From Candidatus Binatia bacterium (lineage in GTDB: Bacteria; Desulfobacterota; Binatia; UBA12015), in contig JAIEPK010000091.1 in assembly GCA_019749875.1 (NCBI GenBank), forward strand, positions 14,398 to 78,397: a stretch of DNA of 64,000 nt, in the 5' to 3' direction. Under the pieces are notes generated by a model, which worked only from the letters and a program-made list of their open reading frames with translations, was not told the origin of the DNA and did no database searches. A program made the translations under genes and the position numbers. Shown piece after piece: positions 34,973-44,163 of this stretch (within the stretch, counting starts at the first letter, position 1; each line of letters starts with the position of its first letter).

Positions 34973-37900
34973 GTGCACCTCATCGCGAGCAACCTCGCGA
35001 AGGCGCCGCTCGAGGTCTACCGCGGGAAGACCAAGCTCGAGAAGCACCCACTCGTGGACCTGCTGAAGCGGCCGAACAAGGCGATGCCGCGGCAGCGCTT
35101 CATCCACACGATCGCCACCCACGCGCTGCTCAACCCGAACGGCTACGTCTACATCGAGACGCGACATGGCGACGACCCGCGCAAGGGGCAGCCGGTCAAC
35201 CTGATCCCCCTGCCGCCAACGCGCGTCCGCGCGATCCGCCCGTCGACGAACCTCTACGACCTGGTCGGCTGGCGCTTCACCGGGGCGCAGGCGGTCGACC
35301 TGATTCCCGACGTCGTCGCACGCATCGAGGTCGCCCCGGACCCGGATGACCCCTACGCCGGCCTGCCGCCGCTCACGGCCGCGCGGCTGGCGGTCGAGAC
35401 CGACATCTACGCGGGCGAGCTCAACAAGGCGATCATCAAGAACGACGGTCGGCCCGCCGGCATCCTCCGCGTCACGGGCGACGAGGACCTGACGGACGAA
35501 GAGGTCGAGGAGATCCGTGCGCGCTGGAAAGAGGCGCACGGCAACCCGAACCTCGCGGGTGACGTCGCGGTCCTCATGGGCCGCATCGAGTGGCAGCAGA
35601 CGACCATCCCGCTGCGCGACATGCAGTTCATCGCCGGGCGGAAGTGGAACCTCGGCGAGACGGCGCGCGCGTTCAACGTGCCGCCCGTCTTCCTCGGCGA
35701 GTACGAGGCGTCGGGTCTCGCCGACGCCGGCATGCGCTTCTACTGGCGCATGCTCTACCAGACCGTCATCCAGCCGTTCAGCGAGCACATCCAGGGCGTG
35801 CTCACCGAGTCCCTGTGCCCTCGCTACGAGGACGACCTCTCGATCGTCTTCAACTGGGACAACGTCGAGGCGCTGCGCGACGACATGGTCGCGAAGATCG
35901 AGATGGCCAAGGGCCTCAAGGAGCTCGGCTACACGCCGAACGAGATCGCCGAGATCTGCGACCTACCGCCGCAGGACCAGCCGCGCGGCGACGTCGCCTG
36001 GGTGCCGGCCGGAATGGTCCCGGCCGAGATCGCGATCGAGCAGGCCGAGCTGCCTGACGACCCGCTCCCGACCGGCCCCGGCGGCTTGACGCCGCTGCCG
36101 CCTGCGCCGGGTGAGGAGCCCGAGCTCGTGCTCGAGCCGATCCCCGATGCGCCCGTCAAGATTTCGCGGGCGAAGATGACGCGTGCTCGCATCTGGCAGC
36201 GCCACCTGAAGGTCACGAACCCCTTCGAGAAGCGCGTCCTCAGCAGGCTCCGCGGCAACCTACAGAAGCAGCGCGCGCGCGTGCTCGACGCGATGGAGAC
36301 GAAGGCGAAGGGCCTGCCGCTGGGCCTCTCGATTGCTGGCCCCGCAGAACTGGCGCGAGCACTCGACCCGGACTGCCCAGTGTCCGATACGGCCGGAGAG
36401 CCGCTCACGCTCGGAGCGAGGCTCTACCGGGCGGCGCAGGTCGCCATCCGCGAGGCGAAGCGCGGCGAGCACCGGCTCGAGACCATGGCTCGCGAGCTGA
36501 TGAACGTGCGCGTGATGCTGCGCGACCACGGGCCGGGTGCGGTGCTGCGCGAGCTCGATGCGCTGCGGCGGCTGGTCGTCATGGCGCGCGCCGCGGACGA
36601 CGCGGCCGACGAGTTCGACGCGGACGCCTACGCGCGCTCGATCGAGCTCCTGCTGCGCCAGGCGTTCCGCGCGGGCGGCACCGACGCGGGTGAGCAGCTG
36701 CTCGACCTGAGCATCATCAACGACAACGCCGTCAAGGAGTACGCGAAGGAGCTGCCGAAGCTCGCAGAGACGTACTTCGACCACCGCCTCGGAGAGCTGG
36801 TGCAGATCGGCGAGCGCGTGAAGGAGCGGCTCCGGGACACGATCCTGGAGGGCCTGTCCCTCGGCGACACACTCGATCAGCTCATGGACCGCGTCCGCGA
36901 CACGTTCGACGCGTCGGCGTCCCGAGCGCGGACGGTGGCGAGGACCGAGTCCCACACCGCCGTGAACAGCGGCAAGTTCGAGACCTACAAGACGCAGAAC
37001 GCGCAGGGCGAGAACGAGTGGGTGACGGCGAAAGACGCGCACGTCCGCCGGTCGCACCAGATCGACGGCGAGCGTCGGCGCACGGGCGAGAAGTTCCCGA
37101 ACGGCTGCCGGTACCCGGGCGACCGTGCGGCGCCCGCGCGCGAGGTCTGCAACTGCTTCCTGCCTGGGACACAGATCAGCGGAGCGATCGTTGCGGCCCT
37201 ACGCGCCAGCTATTCTGGGCCAGCCGTCGAGATCGTAACCCGGAATGGCCATCGGCTGTGCGTCACCGCTCAGCACCCCGTACTCGGGGCGGAGGGGCCG
37301 GTCGCCGCTGCGAGACTTCGCGTAGGCGACCACCTTCTGGCCTACGGCACGAACATCGACGTGGCGTCCGCGAACGAGGAAGACGGATGCGCCAGCGTCG
37401 AGGATGTTTTCGATGCGATGGGGGGACATGAATCCGTTCTTCAAGCCTCCGCGGTGGATTTCCACGGCGACGGCCGCTTCGTCGAGCAGAAGGTCGACGT
37501 ACGCTCCCGCTACCATCGACTGCTGCGTGACGACGAGACCCTGGTCGCGAACGAACGTGGCGAGCTCGTTCTCGTAACGGCCGATTCGCCCCGTGGCGGC
37601 GCGGTTGGCGGCGGCGACCTGACGACGCCTCTGCTCGACGTCCATGGTGCTCCACTTCGCGCGCTCCGCGTCGGACCGGCCGCGCTGCTTGATGCCCGCC
37701 TTCCGCAGCCTGAGCGTGACGACGTGTCGCGCAACTCCGAACGAGTCCGCGAGCGACTTGACGCTCTCGCCGGAGGAGAATCGCCGAACGATCTCGGTGT
37801 CATCGAGGTGTCGACGACGGATACAGGCCTCGACGCCGGCAGCGGCCAGCTTTCTCCAGAGTGTCGAGCAGCCTACGCCAGCTTCGCGAGCGAGCTCCGG

Positions 37901-38086
37901 GACCGGAGTTCCGGCGCGGTAGCGCTCGATGAGGTGGTCGAGGTTCGGCACTTCCACTTTTCGGGACACGTCTACGACCTCCAATCGACAACCGGTTACG
38001 TAGCGGCCGGCGGAATCATCAGCAAGCAGTGCCGCTGCACCATCATCCCGGTCTCGGCCATCGACTACCAGCTCGAGGCCGCGTGA
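34973..38086 (+). CDS. Portal protein (HK97-like) fused to a MuF/SPP1-gp7 head-morphogenesis domain that is interrupted by an intein
   Basis: N-terminal portal signature ...VYACVHLIASNLAKAPLEVYRG. MuF region ...ARTESHTAVNSGKFETYK...PNGCRYPGD...VCN|[intein]|CRCTII. True start probably lies upstream of the first canonical start codon at 34973. Confidence 0.75.
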   Translation: MHLIASNLAKAPLEVYRGKTKLEKHPLVDLLKRPNKAMPRQRFIHTIATHALLNPNGYVYIETRHGDDPRKGQPVNLIPLPPTRVRAIRPSTNLYDLVGWRFTGAQAVDLIPDVVARIEVAPDPDDPYAGLPPLTAARLAVETDIYAGELNKAIIKNDGRPAGILRVTGDEDLTDEEVEEIRARWKEAHGNPNLAGDVAVLMGRIEWQQTTIPLRDMQFIAGRKWNLGETARAFNVPPVFLGEYEASGLADAGMRFYWRMLYQTVIQPFSEHIQGVLTESLCPRYEDDLSIVFNWDNVEALRDDMVAKIEMAKGLKELGYTPNEIAEICDLPPQDQPRGDVAWVPAGMVPAEIAIEQAELPDDPLPTGPGGLTPLPPAPGEEPELVLEPIPDAPVKISRAKMTRARIWQRHLKVTNPFEKRVLSRLRGNLQKQRARVLDAMETKAKGLPLGLSIAGPAELARALDPDCPVSDTAGEPLTLGARLYRAAQVAIREAKRGEHRLETMARELMNVRVMLRDHGPGAVLRELDALRRLVVMARAADDAADEFDADAYARSIELLLRQAFRAGGTDAGEQLLDLSIINDNAVKEYAKELPKLAETYFDHRLGELVQIGERVKERLRDTILEGLSLGDTLDQLMDRVRDTFDASASRARTVARTESHTAVNSGKFETYKTQNAQGENEWVTAKDAHVRRSHQIDGERRRTGEKFPNGCRYPGDRAAPAREVCNCFLPGTQISGAIVAALRASYSGPAVEIVTRNGHRLCVTAQHPVLGAEGPVAAARLRVGDHLLAYGTNIDVASANEEDGCASVEDVFDAMGGHESVLQASAVDFHGDGRFVEQKVDVRSRYHRLLRDDETLVANERGELVLVTADSPRGGAVGGGDLTTPLLDVHGAPLRALRVGPAALLDARLPQPERDDVSRNSERVRERLDALAGGESPNDLGVIEVSTTDTGLDAGSGQLSPECRAAYASFASELRDRSSGAVALDEVVEVRHFHFSGHVYDLQSTTGYVAAGGIISKQCRCTIIPVSAIDYQLEAA
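37154..38029 (+). mobile_element. Intein (Hint domain, 292 aa) inserted in the conserved NCRC motif of the MuF domain
   Basis: Block A CFLPGTQISGAI, block B GHRLCVTAQHPVL, GD at RLRVGDHLL, C-terminal block HVYDLQSTTGYVAAGGIISKQ, followed by +1 Cys. Penultimate residues KQ rather than HN. GC3 about 74% versus about 88-93% for neighbouring phage genes. Confidence 0.7.
37199..37969 (-). CDS. Antisense ORF within the intein: two HTH motifs plus a Vsr/DUF559-like PD-(D/E)xK endonuclease domain (candidate homing endonuclease)
   Basis: GGAGG RBS 7 nt before GTG (37969). HTHs at IERYRAGTPVPELAREAGVGCSTLWRKL and RRFSSGESVKSLADSFGVARHVVTLRL. YVDLLLDEAAVAVEIHRGG...HRIENILDAGASVFLVRGRHV resembles the DUF559/Vsr signature. 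In-phase antisense to the plus frame, which is junk-like in the middle. Confidence 0.5.
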   Translation of the reverse strand: MSRKVEVPNLDHLIERYRAGTPVPELAREAGVGCSTLWRKLAAAGVEACIRRRHLDDTEIVRRFSSGESVKSLADSFGVARHVVTLRLRKAGIKQRGRSDAERAKWSTMDVEQRRRQVAAANRAATGRIGRYENELATFVRDQGLVVTQQSMVAGAYVDLLLDEAAVAVEIHRGGLKNGFMSPHRIENILDAGASVFLVRGRHVDVRAVGQKVVAYAKSRSGDRPLRPEYGVLSGDAQPMAIPGYDLDGWPRIAGA

Positions 38087-38185
38087 CGCCTACGACTCCC
38101 CGGCCCTGAGCCGGTTGCCTCGGCCTACAAGGTCGAGGCCGTCCCCTTCGCCCCCCGACCCGCACGACAGACGAAGGGGCGACAC

Positions 38186-40015
38186 ATGCTGCCGGCGCAC
38201 TACGGCATCGACAAGAACAGCGGGAACCTGCAGCGCGACCTGGGCGACCAGCGACGCGTCATGCTCATCCGCGGCGAGCCGCAGCGCGTGCGGACCCTCA
38301 ACGCGAAGGAGCGCGTGCTGCGCTTCATCGTTTGCACCGAGGGCGTCAAGCGCGACGGCCACAAGGTCCGCATCGGCGACCTGAACAAGGGCGACACGTA
38401 CGGCTTCGACTTCACGAACTTCGCGAAGAACCCCGTCGCGCTCTGGACCCACGACTACGGCGCCGAGGGTCGTCCGCCGCTCATGCCCGTCGGCGCGTGG
38501 CGCAACTGGGTGGTCGAGGTCGAGAACGGCAAGCGCCAGCTCGTTGCCGACCTGAAGTTCGCGTCGCACCAGATGGCGTCGGACCTCTACCAGCTCTACC
38601 TGCCCGAGGAGGAGGGCGGCGACGGCTGCGGGCATGCGTGTTCGATCGGCTGGGTGCCGCTCACCTGGGAGGAGATGCGCTCGGCAAACGGCGCGTACAT
38701 CGGGCACGACTTCCTCACCGGCGAGATGCTCGAGATCAGCCCGTGCGGCATCCCGGCAGACCCGGACGCGACGCTCAAGAAGCTCTCGCGGGCGATGAAC
38801 GCGGGGCGCGTCTCGAGAGAGACCGTCGAGCGCCTCGCGGACTGGGGCATGTTGCCGAAGAAGCTGCGCGGCTACGCCTACGTGCTGGATCATCGCTCCG
38901 CGGACGCGGCACACACGCGAGCCATGACCAAGGGCGACCGCGTCAAGGTGAAGGCGGGTAAAGAGCACGACGCCATGACCAAGGGTGCCGCCGGCGAAGT
39001 CGTCGAGGTGAGCACGTCTGCGCTCGGGATCAAGTTCGACGGCATGGACGGTGTCCACCGGTGGTACGTCGAGTCGGAACTCGAGGCTGCTGACGACAAC
39101 CCCGAGCAGATCGAGGGCGACGAGATGTCGCGCGCGATCGCGGCACTGCTCGATGACGAGTCGGCACACGGCAACACGGGCGACAAGTCGACGATCGACA
39201 ACACGGAGAGTCGCGACGTCGCGACCGAGGGCGGCGGCAAGCAGTCCGAGGCGTCCCCCACCGCCGAGGTCAGGCACGGCATCTTCTGGACCGAGGTCTG
39301 CCGTACGATCGCATTCTCGTTCGGCACCGTCGCTCGGGGGCAGATGTCCGACGCGATGGACCAAGCGAAGGATCGGGCCTGCGCCCTGCACTCGCAGCTC
39401 TACGGCGTGCTGGACCAGCTCTCGTGGGAGATCACGACGCTCTTCGTGAAGGGCCGCGACATGATCGGGATCGAGGCCGCGCCGAGCTACCCGACGGATG
39501 ACGACTGGGCGCGACGCTGCGTCAAGCGCGGTGCGGCCCTGGCCGCGTCCCTGTCCGACACGTTCGCCGAGATGGAGGACATCATGGCCGGCGAGGCCGG
39601 AGCCGAGGGCGAGCCCGAGACCGCCAGCGCCGATGCGCCGCTCACCCGCGTCGGCAAGAAGCTCGCGAGCAAGACGCCAGAGGGCGAGGACCAGGACGAG
39701 CCCGAGACGCCCGACGAGGAGGACGACGAGGACGAGGACCCCGAGAAGACCCTCGCGCTCGAGCTGGGCGACGTCATGGAGCGTGCCACCGCGAAGATCC
39801 GCGGCGAGCAGCCGGGCGCGCACGGCGATCACAGGGAATGGCTCGACGACGACCGCCTTGCCCGCTTCGCGAAGGCGCTCGGACGCAACGAGAAGTCCAG
39901 CGTCAAGGACGACGAGCCCATCGGCACGCGCGCGGATTTCGCGGACATCCTCCTTTCTATTGATCGCGTCTCGGCCAAGCTCGGTTCAGGCCGATCGGCG
40001 CGCGGCGGCAACTGA
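38186..40015 (+). CDS. Prohead (capsid maturation) protease, HK97 family, fused to an acidic scaffold-like C-terminal region
   Basis: ...RVLRFIVCTEGVKRDGHKVRIGDLN...FAKNPVALWTHDY... protease domain. Long D/E-rich C-terminus. GAAGGGG RBS. Confidence 0.75.
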   Translation: MLPAHYGIDKNSGNLQRDLGDQRRVMLIRGEPQRVRTLNAKERVLRFIVCTEGVKRDGHKVRIGDLNKGDTYGFDFTNFAKNPVALWTHDYGAEGRPPLMPVGAWRNWVVEVENGKRQLVADLKFASHQMASDLYQLYLPEEEGGDGCGHACSIGWVPLTWEEMRSANGAYIGHDFLTGEMLEISPCGIPADPDATLKKLSRAMNAGRVSRETVERLADWGMLPKKLRGYAYVLDHRSADAAHTRAMTKGDRVKVKAGKEHDAMTKGAAGEVVEVSTSALGIKFDGMDGVHRWYVESELEAADDNPEQIEGDEMSRAIAALLDDESAHGNTGDKSTIDNTESRDVATEGGGKQSEASPTAEVRHGIFWTEVCRTIAFSFGTVARGQMSDAMDQAKDRACALHSQLYGVLDQLSWEITTLFVKGRDMIGIEAAPSYPTDDDWARRCVKRGAALAASLSDTFAEMEDIMAGEAGAEGEPETASADAPLTRVGKKLASKTPEGEDQDEPETPDEEDDEDEDPEKTLALELGDVMERATAKIRGEQPGAHGDHREWLDDDRLARFAKALGRNEKSSVKDDEPIGTRADFADILLSIDRVSAKLGSGRSARGGN

Positions 40016-40099
40016 GCCGCAGACGCGCGCAGACGACTCGACCATCACCGCCCCGACTTCCGGCCCCACGACCCGCCACCTGTTGCGCCGCACGGCGCC

Positions 40100-41380
40100 A
40101 TGGAGTCCGGGCAAATGCCGGAAGTCGTTGTCAAGAAGACCGACGAGGTCGCGAAGCTCCGCGCGTTCGTCGAGATGGTCGAGGGCGAGCTGCCCAACCG
40201 CATCACCAAGGAGCAGGCCGAGGAGATGGTCCGCGACGGCGTCAAGAGCGCCATGGCGGACTACGAGGCCAACATCGAGGCGCGGGTCATCGAGCGCATC
40301 AAGGCGGCCGACAAGATCGGTGCGGCCCCCGGCGAGCGCGTGTTCGTCGCCGGCGGCGAGCGCGAGCACGACCTGCCGCTGCGTCAGCTCGGCGACGTCA
40401 TCATCGCCGCCCGCTCGCTCACCCGCGAGGGCCGTCTGCCCAGCGAGAAGATGCTGCGCTATCTGAAGCGCGACATGCTCGAGGGCACCGGGACGCATCC
40501 CCTGGTGCCGGTCGTCACCGCCGACGGCGTCATTCGCTTCATCGGCGAACGGTCGATCATCCGCGGCATCGCCCGGATGATGCAGATGACGACCGATCAG
40601 ATCGTTCTGCCGATCGAGGACGAGAAGGGCGACGCGTACTTCCCCGCCGAGAACGTCGACGCCACGGCGAGTGACATCACCTTCAAGCCCAAGGACGAGT
40701 CGATCCTGCAGGCCGAGTCGGTCGTCGTGCACCGCGTGGTGTCGCGCGACCTCTCGGACGACGCGCTGATCGCGATTGCGCCGTACATCGCCGAGGTGTC
40801 GGCGGAGCGCATCGCGCGCGCCGAGAACCTGCAGGCGTTCGTCGGCTCGGGCTCGCCCTTCACCGGCGTCGTGAACACCTCGGGCGTGCCGGTCGTGCAG
40901 CTCTCGGACGGCAAGACGTCGTTCGGGGACCTCGAGTGGGACAACCTCGCCGAGGCGGAGTTCCAGGTCGACGAGGACGCGCTGGGCGACCTGACCTGGA
41001 TCACGAGCAAGGCCGCGTTCCTCGAGGCCTTCCGGATGAAGAACGACCAGGGCAACCCGATCTGGGCGACCCAGTGGTCGGCGGGCCTGCCGACGGTCGG
41101 CAACATGCCGAAGCCGCGCGAGAACCGTCCGGGCCTGCTCTCGGGTTACCCAGCCTACATCACCAAGACGATGCCGACGAACGCGCCGGGGGCGGTCTCG
41201 TTCATCATCGGCTCGTTCATGCAGGGCTTCGTGTTCGGCGACCGTCGCTCGCTCGAGGTCGAGTGGGACGACAGCATCTACCGCAAGAAGCGGAAGAGCG
41301 CCGTCTTCTTCTCGGAGCGCATCGGCATGAAGGTCACGCTGCCGAAGGCGTTCTGCATCGTCAAGAACGCCGACAGCTGA
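40100..41380 (+). CDS. Major capsid protein, HK97-like fold
   Basis: 426 aa immediately after the protease-scaffold gene. Strong terminator downstream. Sequence typical of HK97-family MCPs. Confidence 0.8.
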   Translation: MESGQMPEVVVKKTDEVAKLRAFVEMVEGELPNRITKEQAEEMVRDGVKSAMADYEANIEARVIERIKAADKIGAAPGERVFVAGGEREHDLPLRQLGDVIIAARSLTREGRLPSEKMLRYLKRDMLEGTGTHPLVPVVTADGVIRFIGERSIIRGIARMMQMTTDQIVLPIEDEKGDAYFPAENVDATASDITFKPKDESILQAESVVVHRVVSRDLSDDALIAIAPYIAEVSAERIARAENLQAFVGSGSPFTGVVNTSGVPVVQLSDGKTSFGDLEWDNLAEAEFQVDEDALGDLTWITSKAAFLEAFRMKNDQGNPIWATQWSAGLPTVGNMPKPRENRPGLLSGYPAYITKTMPTNAPGAVSFIIGSFMQGFVFGDRRSLEVEWDDSIYRKKRKSAVFFSERIGMKVTLPKAFCIVKNADS

Positions 41381-41452
41381 CCGGCGGGCGGCGGCGGGCT
41401 TCCTCCGGGCTCGCCGCCGCCATGACCCGCGATCGCTTCAGCGGCGCGGTGC

Positions 41453-41487
41453 GGGGCCGTCCTTCGGGGCGGCCCTTGCTTTTTTGT
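41453..41487 (+). terminator. Rho-independent terminator after the major capsid gene
   Basis: GGGCCGTCC-TTCG-GGGCGGCCC hairpin followed by TTGCTTTTTTGT. Confidence 0.7.
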
Positions 41488-41594
41488 GAGGGCCCCTTTC
41501 CGAACGTCCGCACCCTGCCGTAAAGGCCGCGCGCATCGGGACGGGGACCGCCTGGACAGCGGCCCTGAGGGCTCGAGACGCGGGGAGGTGGGGG

Positions 41595-42038
41595 ATGCAG
41601 CAGGGGATGCTGCGCGTGCGCACGAGGCAAGACGTGCGCACCAGTCGGGGGGTGCTGTGCGGTGGCTTCGTCGTCGAGCTGCCGGAGGACGAGGCGAGAG
41701 ACCTCATCAGCCGGAAGCTCGCCAGCGAGGTCGCCGATCGGCGCCGCGGTGACGGCCGCGAGGCGCCCGCCGGGCGCCCGGAAGGCGTCAAGCAGTCGCC
41801 GGGGGCGCCACTGCGCGAGAGCCCACGCGACGCGTTCCTGCGCAACGGCGATGCGGCCGGCGACACGCAGGACCCGCTGGGCACCTTCGAGCCGCAGCCC
41901 GGATCGGCGGAAGACTTCGACGCGCCACGCCTCGGCTACCGTGGCGACTCGTTCGATGCGCCGGTCGAAAGTCGCGACGTCGCGACCGTGTCGCGCGAGC
42001 CCGTCAAGCGGCGCGGCGGAAGGAAGCGCTCGCGGTGA
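41595..42038 (+). CDS. Hypothetical phage protein (147 aa)
   Basis: GGGAGGTGGGGG RBS then ATG. No recognisable domain. Confidence 0.4.
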   Translation: MQQGMLRVRTRQDVRTSRGVLCGGFVVELPEDEARDLISRKLASEVADRRRGDGREAPAGRPEGVKQSPGAPLRESPRDAFLRNGDAAGDTQDPLGTFEPQPGSAEDFDAPRLGYRGDSFDAPVESRDVATVSREPVKRRGGRKRSR

Positions 42039-43012
42039 AGCTCCGACTGCTCTACCCGAAGTCGCTCTTTCGCATCGGCGCCGAGCTCCGCATGGCGCTC
42101 GAGCAGGGCGGCGTCGAGATCGCCAGCAAGGCAGACGTCGCCCTGCACCTCTCGACGACGTCGGACTTTGACCCCGTCCCCGATGCGCGGAACGTGCTGT
42201 GGGCGACGGACGTCACGACACCCGATCTGTCACCCGGGGCGGTCGCGCGGCTGCGCGTCGCGGACGCGATCCTGGCGACGGGCTCGATGCTGCGCGAGCT
42301 GCTGATGCCCGTCACCCAGAACTGCTGCGTGCTGAGTACGATCGTGCCGCTCGGCTTCGCGCCCAGCGCCTTCCGCCCGGTACTGCGCACCGATGCGCCG
42401 CGCACGCAGGCGTCGCCGCTTCGCGTGCTCTGGGTCGGCGACCTGGATCCGCGTGGTGACCTGGGCCTACTCGGTGCGCTCTGGGCCGAGCGCTTCGCCG
42501 ACCAGCCGTGGATCACGCTGACCGTCGCCGCGCCGGGCGTGAAGCCGGAGCACAAGGGCAACGTGCACTTCGCGCCAACGCCCCTCGCGCCACGATCGCG
42601 AGTCAGCCTGTTGCGCAGCCATCACGTCATGGTGTCGTTCGGCCACCTCGACCGTGCCGGGCTGACCGAGCTCGAGGCGTTGGCGACGGGCCTGCCGCTC
42701 GTCACGTCGGCATGGGCGCCCCCGCTCGACTACCCGCTGCACGACTGCGCGGAGGTGGTCGACTACGAGGTCGACTACGACCGCCACGGCAACGAGGTGG
42801 TGACGGCGAACCCCGGCGAGCTGGGCCGTCGCCTCGAGCGCGTCGTGCGCAACTACGACGACGCCGCGTGGCGTGCGTTCGATGCGGTGCGCATCCGCCC
42901 GTTCGCCGTCGAGCCCCGGATCCTCGACGCGTTCCGGTGGCCGGCGGTGATCGAGCAGCTGAAGCGTGCGCTGGCCGAGACGCTCAGCGGCGATGCGAGG
43001 GCCGCAGCGTGA
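42035..43012 (+). CDS. Glycosyltransferase-like protein (GT1/GT4-type C-terminal domain)
   Basis: GTGA-coupled GTG. ...VSFGHLDRAGLTELEALATGLPLVTS resembles the GT-B E-x7-E region. Confidence 0.5.
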   Translation: MKLRLLYPKSLFRIGAELRMALEQGGVEIASKADVALHLSTTSDFDPVPDARNVLWATDVTTPDLSPGAVARLRVADAILATGSMLRELLMPVTQNCCVLSTIVPLGFAPSAFRPVLRTDAPRTQASPLRVLWVGDLDPRGDLGLLGALWAERFADQPWITLTVAAPGVKPEHKGNVHFAPTPLAPRSRVSLLRSHHVMVSFGHLDRAGLTELEALATGLPLVTSAWAPPLDYPLHDCAEVVDYEVDYDRHGNEVVTANPGELGRRLERVVRNYDDAAWRAFDAVRIRPFAVEPRILDAFRWPAVIEQLKRALAETLSGDARAAA

Positions 43013-43311
43013 CCCGCGCACGAGACGTCATCGCGGAGCGGCTCCACCTCGATCGCGCCGCCGACTGGCGGCTGGGTGCGAGGGCGGTGCTCGTCTTCAC
43101 GCGCTCCGGGTCGGTCTATCAGGTCGACACGCAGGGCACCGTGCGCGGCGGATCGCTCGGCACCGAGAACGGCCGGCTCCAGGGGGCGGTCTACAGCACG
43201 GGTGGGCCGCTCAGGCCGGGCGAGATCGTGGTCGGGCTGTCCATGGAGATCGTCACGCACCGCAACGTCGTCACCACGACGCGCGTCGAGCGGGTGGAGG
43301 ACGCGGAATGA
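43009..43311 (+). CDS. Small phage structural-module protein (100 aa)
   Basis: GTGA-coupled. In-frame tail of a table ORF. Confidence 0.4.
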   Translation: MTRARDVIAERLHLDRAADWRLGARAVLVFTRSGSVYQVDTQGTVRGGSLGTENGRLQGAVYSTGGPLRPGEIVVGLSMEIVTHRNVVTTTRVERVEDAE

Positions 43312-43730
43312 AGGTCCCCGGAGCACCGGAGCTGCGGATTCGCCACGACGGGTCGACTCGCATCGTCAGCGGACCGGCGACATCAGTTTGCGTCGACGTT
43401 GGCGGAGAGCTTGCCCAGCCGATCGTTCGCTCGGTCGACTACTTCGTCGGCACGGCCGGCGACCGGCGCGGGCAGCCGTGTGTCCTCGTCGAGTGGGGCG
43501 GCTTCTCGTCGAACCTCGAGGTCGTCGCCGAGCTGGCCGAGCCGATCCCCGAGCACGAGCACGTGCAGCGCGTCTACGTGCTGTGCCTCGGGCTGTCGCG
43601 ACGGACGAAGGTCTGCGACGCCGACACAGGCGAGGAGATCCTCGTCACCGGCGTGCGCGTCAAGCTGGTCGCCGGTGAGCCGGCGCTCGCGTGGGTGGAC
43701 CCGTGGGTCGACCCGAAAGGAGAGCAATGA
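43308..43730 (+). CDS. Small phage structural-module protein (140 aa)
   Basis: ATGA-coupled ATG at 43308. Confidence 0.4.
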   Translation: MKVPGAPELRIRHDGSTRIVSGPATSVCVDVGGELAQPIVRSVDYFVGTAGDRRGQPCVLVEWGGFSSNLEVVAELAEPIPEHEHVQRVYVLCLGLSRRTKVCDADTGEEILVTGVRVKLVAGEPALAWVDPWVDPKGEQ

Positions 43731-44014
43731 AACCGTTCAGCATCTTGACGTCCATCACCGACCCCGTGCAGGGCTCCGGCAAGCTCGAGCTGACCAGCCG
43801 CGGGAAGATGCGGATCGAGTACGAGATCGACCTCGCCGGCGACATCGTCGACGCGGCGATGTCGGGTGACCCCAACGTCGGTAATCGTCTGCGCCAGAGC
43901 ATCCCGGCGGCGCTTAGCCAGCTCACGCAGAACCTGTTCGGTCAGCTCGCGCAGGGCCATCCGGCGCAGAAGGCCGGGCACCTCGCCGTCGTACCGAACC
44001 GCCTCGACACGTGA
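43727..44014 (+). CDS. Small phage protein (95 aa)
   Basis: ATGA-coupled ATG at 43727. Confidence 0.4.
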   Translation: MKPFSILTSITDPVQGSGKLELTSRGKMRIEYEIDLAGDIVDAAMSGDPNVGNRLRQSIPAALSQLTQNLFGQLAQGHPAQKAGHLAVVPNRLDT

Positions 44015-44163
44015 ACCCGCTTCGCTACGTCGGCTGGTACGTCGCGGCGCTGGTGTTCGCGGCCGGCGGCCGGATGCTGCGGCCTGGTGCTGATCCGAAG
44101 GACGAGGCGGTCGCGGCCATCGCGTTCGCGAACCGGCTGATGGGCTACGACGATGACGAGTGA
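44011..44163 (+). CDS. Small hydrophobic phage protein (50 aa)
   Basis: GTGA-coupled. VGWYVAALVFAAGG hydrophobic segment. Confidence 0.3.
   Translation: MNPLRYVGWYVAALVFAAGGRMLRPGADPKDEAVAAIAFANRLMGYDDDE

Noticed and set aside
37500-37930. Intein linker read in the plus frame as a degenerate homing-endonuclease domain
   Set aside because: No LAGLIDADG, HNH or GIY-YIG motif. Junk-like composition. The opposite strand in the same phase carries recognisable HTH and Vsr-like motifs with an RBS.
37154-38086. Fractured-gene (split intein) alternative: N-extein and C-extein as separate genes around a free-standing endonuclease
   Set aside because: The plus frame has no stop across the whole region. 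That alone is weak evidence because in-phase antisense frames rarely carry stops at this GC content. Kept as a caveat rather than adopted.
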